Assembly (NCBI RefSeq): GCF_004010195.1
Contig: NC_057720.1
Span: 456,613-476,612, forward strand
From: Chiloscyllium plagiosum
Taxonomy: Eukaryota
Reading direction: 5' to 3'
Length of the DNA: 20,000 nucleotides
In this document: piece after piece, positions 11,004 through 20,000 of the stretch
Position numbering within the stretch: the stretch's first letter is position 1
Layout: every line of letters begins with the position of its first letter
The notes under the pieces: model-generated
Seen by the model: only the letters and a program-made list of their open reading frames with translations
Databases searched by the model: none
What the model was told of the DNA's origin: nothing
Translations under genes and position numbers: made by a program

Positions 11004-11712
11004 TGTTATACCAAGGTGATTCATGGCAGGTGGAGTTAATTTTGAAAGCCCTTAGCTTGTTTTTAGATTTGAAAAATCAAGGATTGATTTTTGATTTAGA
11101 AAAGTCAGAAAATAAAACTATGACAAGAGTTTGGAGGAGAGCGGATGAGGGTCAGTTAGTCCCTTTCCCAGCAAGGAGCGCTCTCTTGCCCCCCCTCCCC
11201 AGAGCAGCTGAGACTAAGTTACTCCAGTAGAAATGTTACATTTGTGCAACTTTCAGACCAGGAAAGTTTTGGTAGAAATCTGTATGTTATTAGAAGTTGA
11301 GAAAGTATAAACTCTTAACTTTGTGAATGTTTGTGTAAAAATACTCCACAATTCACAGGATAGAGACCGGGCAGAATCAGTTAAAAGATTTGATATTGAG
11401 TTGTAATATTTGGCATTTGAATTGCTGAGAAGTGATGACTTTGGGGAACAGGGCAAAACTTTGTTTAGCTGGCTATTTTAAGATTTTTCTAGTTGTGTTT
11501 TATATCTGAATCACTTGGTTCCTTTTTTCTGTTTGCTTTCGTCTATTGTTTAATACATTTCTGCTTTGCTGTTAAAGAAACCCTGCAGCTTCATGTGACT
11601 ATGCTTCAGTGAATCACCATTACATTAACTACAAGAAAAAGTCATGATCTATCAAGCTGGATTTCATTCTGTGATCTGTATTGTCCAGAAGTACTATCAC
11701 CTGGGATCAAAG
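11004..11712 (+). mobile_element. Possible decayed solo LTR
   Basis: Starts tgtta, has a T-rich U5-like part with aatacattt, and the end (gatctatcaagctggatttcattctgtgatctg.attgtccag...ctgggatca) resembles shark LTR-like repeats as I recall them. Unverified. Confidence 0.3.
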
Positions 11713-11994
11713 TACGATTCTGTCATAAACTACAGTAGCTGTTAAGACAAAGGTTCTCAGTGGTTCACCTTTTAATTGTTAACTGAACATACCCTCAGAC
11801 CCAGTTCAGTAATTTAGCCCCATTTAGGTACATCTCCTCTGCAGTGTCTCCAAGGTCCTGACCTTGTTTGGGATGTGTAACGATCAGCACTGGGAACAAC
11901 ATGACTGCTGAGGATTCACCAGTGTTTCTCTATGACCCGACAGCTTTAATCTTGGAAACTCAGTCTGAACCCAGTGCTTTGGGCCTGTGCCTAC

Positions 11995-12063
11995 CTTCAT
12001 CGCGTCCAGCGCCAATCGTAAATTTGCCTTCTCCTGGCCATCAGTTGTTTGTTTCATGAGCTC
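11995..12063 (-). CDS. VAV3: Vav-family exon (DH domain): ELMKQTTDGQEKANLRLALDAMK
   Basis: gtttcacag|GAGCTC...ATGAAG|gtaggc. 69 bp, phase 0/0. Resembles VAV3 ELVKHTTDPTEKANLKLALDAMK. Confidence 0.94.
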
Positions 12064-12819
12064 CTGTGAAACCACAGAAAAGTCTGACTCAAACAATTAC
12101 TCGATAACATCTGACACTGGCTGTATAAACCCTGACAGTCCCTCACCAGGAAACAGTGAATGTTGGAGTTTATTAACTAGGAGCAGGAATAGGCCATTTA
12201 GTCCCTCAATTTACAAATACTAGCCCATGGCCAATGATGCCCCCATCCCATGAGTGAACAAAAACAAAACCAACAGTAATGGTTGTGCTCCTTGTAATAC
12301 CCACCCAACAGGAGGAAATAACTCCCCCCCCCGACCCCCATCTCCCCCCATGGGGCAGAAAGGGACGAGATGGACATTGGCCTGCCTGATATTCAGCTCC
12401 CTACCTGTTATAGGAAGAGGATCCTGACCCGCAGCACCCCAAGGGGCTGACTGACTGTGCCCAAGCCCCTGGGCTAGTCTGGGATAGGATTGGGACTGTC
12501 TGCAAAACTTCAGTGGGATGAATGGCCTCTCTCTGTAATGTTATAGCTGTGTGGGACAGACAGCAAAGCTGGCAATGCCAATCAGACTCTGTGGACTGAC
12601 ATCTTTAAGTCACCTCTTGGAAGGAAAGACTTCCCTTTCTATAGCACCTACTGTAATCTCAGGACACCCTGCACTGTTTCACAGCGTGTGAGATACTTCC
12701 CTGAAATACTGACAAAAGGAGACATGAACTTCAAACTTATTGTCTGGCACTTGACCAGGATGAGGAGCAAGGAATTCATCCTGAAAAGGAATTCAGGAGT
12801 CATCCTGTACTAGAAAGGT

Positions 12820-12920
12820 TTACTGTTTCTCTCTTTGCAAACGCTGCACAACCTGCCGAGCATTTCCAGCACTTTCCGTGTCGGTTTCAGATTTTCAGCA
12901 TGTGCAGCACTTTACTTTTC
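12820..12920 (+). mobile_element. Decayed Penelope-like terminal fragment
   Basis: acgctgc..acctgccgagcatttccagcactt...ttcagcatgtgcagc parallels the family A/C ends. Confidence 0.5.
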
Positions 12921-13375
12921 TTGGAGATAGAAGTTCCTTTGGCCCATATAGACAGGGCCTTAAGCATTCAGTGCATAACTGTTCGAACATGCAACCGTGT
13001 GAACCTGAGTGAACACTTTAAATTGGTTTCTGGTGTAACTCTTAGCGCAGTCTGGGTTATTTAGTAAATGCTGTTCAATAGCAAAACCAATTCTAATGTT
13101 GGAAATGATCATACTTTTCTGAAATAAACTCACTGTAATGTTGAAAGACAACAACAAACATACACGGTGCCCGAGACAACAGATTTACATACGGACTGCG
13201 TGCAGGCCAATGGAGACTGACCCCATGGAGATGAGAATCATTCTGGTTACTATTGCAGAAATCCAGAAAGAGTAAGTCTCTGACCATCACTGCATCAAAA
13301 AGAATCTGCTGTTTATTACCAGCAGGGAAGCCCAGGAACAATCATGTGGTTTAGGAGATGGAGGGGAAAGGTCAC

Positions 13376-13471
13376 CTGAAGGAGGAGGTGGTACTTGAGG
13401 ACCCGTTGCATTGGCACAACCAGGAGATCTCTCAACGTGAACTTCCCATTGTTCGCTCGATTGGAACACTC
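13376..13471 (-). CDS. VAV3: Vav-family exon (DH conserved region): [32 protein letters not shown]
   Basis: ttctttag|GAGTGT...CTTCAG|gtgacc. 96 bp, phase 0/0. Nearly identical to the Vav signature [27 protein letters not shown]. Confidence 0.96.
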
Positions 13472-14199
13472 CTAAAGAACAAAAACAACAACAACTTGGA
13501 TAGATGTAGCACCTTGAATGCAGTAAAACACCCCAATGAGCTACAGACACGTATGGTTCAGAGTCTCCTCATGAGGCATTAGGGACAGGTGACAGGAGGC
13601 AAGTTCTAAGAAACTTGGTAAAGGGTGAGGGTCACGGAGGGAATCCCAGAGCTCTGGGCCCACGCAGCTGAAGACATGCCCACCAATGTTGGGGCGACAG
13701 AGATCGGGGAGGGGGGTGTAAGAGGTTGGAATTGGAGATCCCGGGGGCAGGGAATAGATGCAGGTGATTTATAACCCCTCATGGGACCAGCAGCAGAGGG
13801 AGTAAAACTAGGGGGTCGAGGAGGTGGCATAGAGAGGAACACAGCGTGTTTGTACAAGGCAGGAAAATCCAGGCCAGGATTCCCTGGAAGGCAAAAGAGC
13901 CTGATCGGAAACAGAACCAGGAAAAGTGGGGCTTTTGGTAACCCTCAGGTGATAACCCATTGGGAAGCCAGGCTACAGATATAAACCACAAAGGAGAGAG
14001 GATAGGAAAAGAAGCTGGCAGCTGAGATAGGAGATTGTCTGGGAAAATAAACAAACTGTAAGAAATGCAAAAGGAGGCAAGAGGTCAATTAGGGATCACG
14101 TGGAGGCAGGGACCAAGCTGAGTGACTGAACAAACACTCGGCATTAGTCTTTCCCAGAAACAGAAATGGTGATAAAAGGCAGCTCGTTGAGATACTATT

Positions 14200-14440
14200 G
14201 GGGTAATATTGAAGAGGGAAAGGTTTTAGATGGACTGACCATATATAAAGTGGGCAAGAACCCAGGACCAGATGAGATGTATCTAAAGAAACTGAAGGAA
14301 ATGAGAGTCATGTTTCAGTTTTTATTTGCCTCAGGGACAGTGACAGAGGGAGAGAACTGCAAACATGATCCCTTTATTAAGATAAGCCCCACAATTATAC
14401 ACCAATCAGCTTAACCTCAGTGGCAGGAAAGGTAGGAGAC
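14200..14440 (+). mobile_element. Decayed CR1 ORF2 fragment
   Basis: KVGKNPGPDEMYLKKLKE resembles CR1 K..KSPGPDG..PR.LKE; accaatcagcttaacctcagtg encodes a PISLTSV motif. Confidence 0.55.
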
Positions 14441-15223
14441 TGATGCTATGTTGAAATGCTCAGCGAGCTAGTCCAGATACAATGGACCGAATGGCCACCT
14501 TCTGCACGGGACCAATTCTGTTGTTCTGCAAAACATTGAGAAATGATCATCCAGTGCAAAATTAATAACCAGCTGATCAAAGATGGATGAAGGGAAACCA
14601 GCGTCATGGCCACATCAGCACGGAGTTCTGATGGAGCGACAGGGAGGCTTGGTGAACTTAATGAGCAGTTCACTCTGTGGGAGAGTGTGGTGGCAGCTTC
14701 GATTGGAGCTGATCAGAGGGAATTGATCATTATCTGATATGATTGGTAGGGTATGGGAAAAGCAGGAGACAGAGGGACTCGCTTTGCTGTTCATGCAAAG
14801 GGCTAGCACAGACACTGTTGGCCCAATAGCCTTCGCTGTGCTGGAAACCGCCTGTGAGTTCATTGTCAGGTTGGAGATGACTAGTAGAGGGATGGGGGAA
14901 GAGGACATGGAGCATTTGGGAAATCATGCTGTTCCTACATCAAGGCACGAGCCTGGGGCCTGTCAGATGGAGCAGAAATTCCCAGGGAGTGCCATTCCTG
15001 AGGATGGAATGTTGAAATCGGAAGAGGTCAAACCCTGGAGCCTGTCCCTTCAGGGCAGTAAGTTCCTGAACTGTGTGATACTGTGAGGCTGAAAGGTAGG
15101 AATCGTTTATTCTAGCACTGAGCGATTTAAGATGCTGAACAGTCCAGAGTATTAATATATTCATATCACTGCAAACCTTCCCCCAAAACTTTAAACTAAT
15201 AAACAGAAACACCAGTTAATTAC

Positions 15224-15323
15224 CTCCAACTTCAGCCGGAGATCTGGTCTCGATTTGCTGATTTCATCCAAACACTTGATCGCATTCTCCACCTGACTGC
15301 AATAATCACCATAGACCAGTAAC
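15224..15323 (-). CDS. VAV3: Vav-family exon (DH domain): (R)LLVYGDYCSQVENAIKCLDEISKSRPDLRLKLE
   Basis: acccccag|GTTACTGG...TTGGAG|gtaatt. 100 bp, phase 2 to 0, completing the Arg codon from the upstream exon. Resembles Vav RL(V/L)(I/V)YG.YCS.VE.AI..LD...KLE. Confidence 0.92.
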
Positions 15324-15429
15324 CTGGGGGTGGATGTCAGGGGGAGCTGCAGAGAAAGAAGGTTGGGGAAGATGGTGAGGTGAGGATAGGTGGAGACTGG
15401 TAGAGGGTACAACCTGGGTGGTCAAAGGG

Positions 15430-15695
15430 AGAGGTGATGGAGAGGGGGTGGGAGTGTAAGAGAGAGAGAGTGCAAGTTGAGAATGAGACAGTGAGGGTGT
15501 GAGAGAGCGAGACAGTGGGACAGTGAGAGAAGGTGACAGTGAGAGAGAGGAGGGAAGAGAGAGAGATAGAGTGAATGTGTGTGTGAGAGAGAGAGAGAGT
15601 GCCAAAATGTGAGACGGTATGAAAATTAGAGATGATGGGAGAGAGAGTGAGTGAAAGACAGAAAGTGAATGTGAGAGAGAGAGAGAAAGTGAGTC
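15430..15695. repeat. Compound (GA)n/(GT)n low-complexity tract
   Basis: Directly visible; pyrimidine-rich on the Vav sense strand. Confidence 0.85.
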
Positions 15696-16704
15696 TCCAT
15701 TTAGCACTCAGCTTCCTATACATCTGGAGATCCATCTGAAGCTCTCAGGAAAATGCCAACTGCCCAAATGACTCCGAGATACTGAGGCTTCCTGCTCAGA
15801 TGGATCGGACATCATTTCGAGTGCTGAAGCAGCTGAGTCCCAGATTTGACAGCTCTGGGTCTCTCATTGCTGCTGTCACTTCCACAATGTTTATTTACAG
15901 AGATGGCGAGTGCTTGCAGTTTCAGCTGTTAAAACTTCAAAGATCTGCATGACTAAGATTTTTATTGGTGTATAATAAAATGAGTTTTTTTAAGCAAGTG
16001 GAAAGTAATAAAAAAATGGTTGTTTTATTTTTAAATCAGCTCCATTCTGGATTCTGTTTGCAAGTGTATTTGTACACAAATTGGAACAACACAATTCAGG
16101 ATAAGATGAAGGGGCTATTCATAAGGACAAAAAACGTTCATAGGGTCAGGTCGGTAAAATTACATCCCTCGAGGTGATCATGTTGGTATGTTGGGCATTG
16201 GTAAATCAGAGACCCTGTGTACAGTGTGTATGGGAATATAGACAAGGATGGACTCGAGCCTACTCTGGAGGGCACGGGTTTGGGTCAGGGTCAGATCTGG
16301 GCACAAGGAGCATGAAGTTCACCTTTGCAACTTCAACATTTAGAGGTTCATTCCCCCCAGATTTATAATCCTGGGGCATGGGGGGTGGGGGGGTCAGCCA
16401 TGGCCAGGGGTTCGGAATGTCCTGCTTTGGCCTGGAAAATTCATACCTTTCACTGGCCCTCGCAAAATTCAAAAAGCCCGGGAATGGGATCAGGAATCTG
16501 GGAGCCAAGTCCTAGCCACCATTCCCACAGTCACTCTGGCTCCAGGGAAACCTGGACCAAAGGGTCGCTTTAGTCAAGAGGGAGAGGAGAATACAAGGAG
16601 GAACTTCCAAATCTGTCATCATCAATTAACACGGGGCTGGGGTCAAACAAGGCTGGGTTAACACAAACACCTCAGGAGGAGACAGACTTGGACAATTCAG
16701 TTAC

Positions 16705-16808
16705 CTTTCCTTGTAGTTGATGAAGATTTGATAAAGATTCTGATCATTCTTCGACATGATGACATTTTTTAGATCTTCATTCAAGTCTCTGTGAACTTTA
16801 ACTAAAGC
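16705..16808 (-). CDS. VAV3: Vav-family GEF internal coding exon (DH domain): ALVKVHRDLNEDLKNVIMSKNDQNLYQIFINYKE(R)
   Basis: Manual reverse-complement: tgtgtcccag|GCTTTAGTT...AAGGAAAG|gtaact. 104 bp, phase 0 to 2. The peptide resembles the recalled VAV3 segment ...NKNDQNLYQVFINYKER. Not captured in the ORF track. Confidence 0.9.
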
Positions 16809-17181
16809 CTGGGACACAATTGGGAAGAGAGTGGCCAGCAATCAGCAACTTCAATGAAAAATTCAAGTACTTACTTTCTGAACACTTTATATATGTTTCT
16901 GTATGCTCAAATCATATACTTTTTATAACCTCTTTATAATTTCTGAATACTTAATCATATTAAGAGGGAAGAGATTGCTGCGCCTTTGGCAATGACCTTT
17001 GTGTCCTCATTGCTAGAAGATTGGAGGTTGGCAACTGTTACTTCCTTGTTCAAGAAAGGAAATACGATAATCCTGGGAATTACAGACCAGTCGGTCTCAT
17101 GTCAGTGGTGGGCGAAGTATTGTAGAGGATTCTGAGAGACAGGATTTCTGATAACTTGGAAAACCATAGTTGATTAGAGAT

Positions 17182-17467
17182 GTTGTGGTTCTGTTCGCCG
17201 AGCTGGGAATTTGTGTTGCAGACGTTTCGTCGCCTGTCTAGGTGACATCCTCAGCCTTCTGCTTCACAGGAGGCTCCCAAGCCCTGAGGATGTCACCTAG
17301 ACAGGAGACGAAACGTCTGCAACACAAATTCCCAGCTCGGCGAACAGAACCACAACAACAAGCACCAGAGCTACAAATCTTCTCACAGACTTTGAATACC
17401 TACGGGCGAGAGACACTAAGACAAGCCAGGAAATGGGAATCCTGTGCCAACCGCCTAAGCGCCACAT
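17182..17467. mobile_element. Penelope-like fold-back insertion (family B) with 12-bp TSD
   Basis: 74-bp arms 17181-17254 and 17284-17357. TSD ttgattagagat at 17170-17181 and 17468-17479. Confidence 0.8.
17284..17317 (+). ncRNA. Hammerhead-like motif, family B (also 18099-18132 on +, and 17221-17254 and 18036-18069 on -)
   Basis: CTGAGGA-T-GTCaCCT-AGAC-AGGaGAC-GAAA-CG-TC. Confidence 0.55.
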
Positions 17468-17574
17468 TTGATTAGAGATAGTTAGCATGGCTTTGTGAGG
17501 GGCAGGCCATGCCTCACAAACCTGATTGAATTCTTTGAGGATGTGACAAAACACATTGATGAAGGTAGAGCAGT

Positions 17575-18593
17575 ATCGATCCCTGTGGAACACCACTGGT
17601 CACTGAGCTCCAAGGCTGAATACTTACCATCTACTTCACCCTCTGTCTTCTGTGGGCCAGCCAAGTCTGTATCCAGACAGCCAGATTTCCCTGTATCCCA
17701 TGCCTCCTTACTTTCTGAATGAGCCTACCATGGGGAACCTTCTCAAACATTTTGCTAAAATCCATATACACCACACCCACTGCTCTACCTTCATCAATGT
17801 GTTTTGTCACATCCTCAAAGAATTCAATCAGGTTTGTGAGGCATGGCCTGCCCCTCACAAAGCCATGCTAACTATCTCTAATCAAATGTGGCGCTTAGGC
17901 GGTTGGCACAGGATTCCCATTTCCTGGCTTGTCTTAGTGTCTCTCGCCCAGAGGTATTCAAAGTCTGTGAGAAGATTTGTGGCTCTGGTGTTCGTTGTTG
18001 TGGTTCTGTTCGCCGAGCTGGGAATTTGTGTTGCAGACGTTTCGTCCCCTGTCTAGGTGCCATCCTCAGCCTTCTGCTTCACAGGAGGCTCCCAAGCCCT
18101 GAGGATGTCACCTAGACAGGAGACGAAACGTCTGCAACACAAATTCCCAGCTCGGCGAACAGAACCACAACAACGAACACCAGAGCCACAAATCTTCTCA
18201 CAGACTTTGAATACCTCTGGGCGAGAGACACTAAGACAAGCCAGGAAATGGGAATCCTGTGCCAACCGCCTAAGCGCCACATTTGATTAGAGATAGTTAG
18301 CATGGCTTTGTGAGGGGCAGGCCATGCCTCACAAACCTGATTGAATTCTTTGAGGATGTGACAAAACACATTGATGAAGGTAGAGCAGTGGGTGTGGTGT
18401 ATATGGATTTTAGCAAAATGTTTGAGAAGGTTCCCCATGGTAGGCTCATTCAGAAAGTAAGGAGGCATGGGATACAGGGAAATCTGGCTGTCTGGATACA
18501 GACTTGGCTGGCCCACAGAAGACAGAGGGTGAAGTAGATGGTAAGTATTCAGCCTTGGAGCTCAGTGACCAGTGGTGTTCCACAGGGATCGAT
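17575..18593. repeat. Near-perfect palindrome: 495-bp arms with a 29-nt spacer
   Basis: 17575-18069 is the reverse complement of 18099-18593. I found 2 mismatches, both near the centre. The mirrored ORFs in the track agree. Confidence 0.95.
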
Positions 18594-18937
18594 TCTGGGA
18601 CCTCTGCTCTTTGTGATTTTTATACATGACTTGGATGAGGAAGTGGAAGGGTGAGTTAGTAAGTTTGCCGATGACATGAAGGTTGGAGGAGTTGTGAATA
18701 GTGTGGAGGGCTGTTGTAGGCTGCAATGGGACATTGACAGGATGCAGAGCTGGGCTGAGAAGTGGCAGATGGAGTTTAACCTGAAAAAGGGTGAAGTGAT
18801 TCACTTTGGAAGGTCGATTTTGACTGAAGAATAAAGACAAGATTCTTGGCAGTGTGGAGGAACAGAGGGATCTTGCGGTCTATGTCCATAGATCCCTTAA
18901 AGTTGCCACCCAAGTTGACAGGGTTGTTAAGTATGTA

Positions 18938-19192
18938 ATCAAGATTAGAGTGGTGCTGGAAAAACACAGCAGGTCAGGCAGCATCCAAGAAACAGGAAAA
19001 TTGATGTTTCGGGCAGGAGCCCTTCATCAGGCATGAGGCCAACACATGCTTGAAACGTCAATGGCCTCATGCCTGATGAAGGGCTTTTTCCCAAAATGTC
19101 TATTTTCCTGCTCCTCGGATGCTGCCTGACCTGCTGTGCTTTTCCAGCACCACTCTAATCTCCAGCATCTGCAGTACCCACTGCTGCCTTGC
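18938..19192. mobile_element. Penelope-like fold-back insertion (family A) with TSD
   Basis: 100-bp arms 18942-19041 and 19062-19161. TSD taagtatgta at 18928-18937 and 19193-19202. Confidence 0.8.
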
Positions 19193-19671
19193 TAAGTATG
19201 TAGGTGAGTTGGCTTTCATTAGCAGGGAGATTGAGTTTAAGAGCAGTGAGGTTATGCTGCAGCTCTGCAGGGCCCTGGTTAGATCACACTTGGAATATTG
19301 TGTTCAGTTCTGTTTGCCTCATTATAGGAAGGATGTGGAAGCTTTAGAGAGGGTGCAGAGGAGATGTACCAGGATGCAGCCCGGACTGGAGGGTGTGTCT
19401 TATGAAGAAAAGATGAGGGAGCTAGGGCTTATCTCATTGGAGTGAAGAAGGATGAGAGGTGACTTGATAGAGGTGTACAAGATGTTGAGAGGCATAGATA
19501 GTGTGGATTGCCAGAGACTTTTTCCCAGGGTAGAAATGGCTATCAGGAGGGGAGGTAATTTTAATGTGATTGGAGGTAGGTTTAGGGGAGATGTCAGGGG
19601 TAGGTTCTTTACACACAGAGTGCTGTGTGTGTTGAATGCACTGCTGGTGGTGGGAGTAGGGTCAGAGACAT

Positions 19672-20000
19672 TAGAACATAGAACATAGAACAATACAGCA
19701 CAGAACAGGCCCTTCGGCCCACGAACATTTGTCCTAGCTTAAGTACCCATCCATGTACCTATCCAATTGCCGCTTAAAGTTCGCCAATGATTCTGACTCT
19801 GCCACTCCCACAGGCAGCGCATTCCATGCCCCCATCACTCTCTGGGTAAAGAACCTACCCCCTATACCTTCCACCCTTCACCTTAAATTTATATCCCCTT
19901 GTAACACTCTGTTGTACCCGGGGAAAAAGTTTTTGATTGTCTACTCTATCTATTCCCCTGATCATCTTATAAACCTCTATCAAGTCACCCCTCATCCTTC
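19672..20000 (-). mobile_element. Young CR1 3' end (same subfamily as 1411-1904), running off the window
   Basis: (agaacat)n tail, and the reverse complement is highly similar to 1545-1890. Confidence 0.9.

Larger units (their letters stand above)
16980..19671 (+). mobile_element. Long decayed CR1 LINE ORF2, interrupted by Penelope-like inserts and an inverted duplication
   Basis: NPGNYRPV, GRPCLTNLIEFFEDVT...[34 protein letters not shown] and RGDLIEVYKML motifs, with internal stops. Confidence 0.9.

Noticed and set aside
15306..15735. Ser/Leu-rich ORFs
   Set aside because: They are translations of a CT microsatellite.
16870..16960. Candidate upstream Vav exon ending at gtaag
   Set aside because: AT-rich, with no resemblance to the expected DH segment.
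17242..18537. Pairs of identical ORFs on opposite strands
   Set aside because: They result from the palindrome of CR1 and Penelope fragments and are not genes.

Overview
Vertebrate genomic DNA, very likely from a cartilaginous fish (shark-type HE1 SINEs and CR1/HER1-type LINEs). The only real gene is on the minus strand: six short coding exons of a Vav-family Rho-GEF (most like VAV3) at 16705-16808, 15224-15323, 13376-13471, 11995-12063, 10245-10331 and 10055-10140. All have GT-AG boundaries and compatible phases, and they encode the C-terminal DH domain and the start of the PH domain. The rest is intronic or intergenic repeat sequence: many decayed CR1 LINE fragments, SINEs, microsatellites and a 500-N scaffold gap (9356-9855). 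Two things stand out. First, at least seven short fold-back insertions from about three families of Penelope-like terminal repeats, several with target-site duplications and hammerhead-ribozyme-like cores (CTGAnGA-stem-GAAAC-GTC). Second, a near-perfect ~1 kb palindrome (17575-18593) centred on one such hairpin, giving a direct-inverted-direct triplication that is either a very recent rearrangement or an assembly artefact. I see no wholly new protein-coding system. Most ORFs in the supplied track are repeat-derived or spurious.
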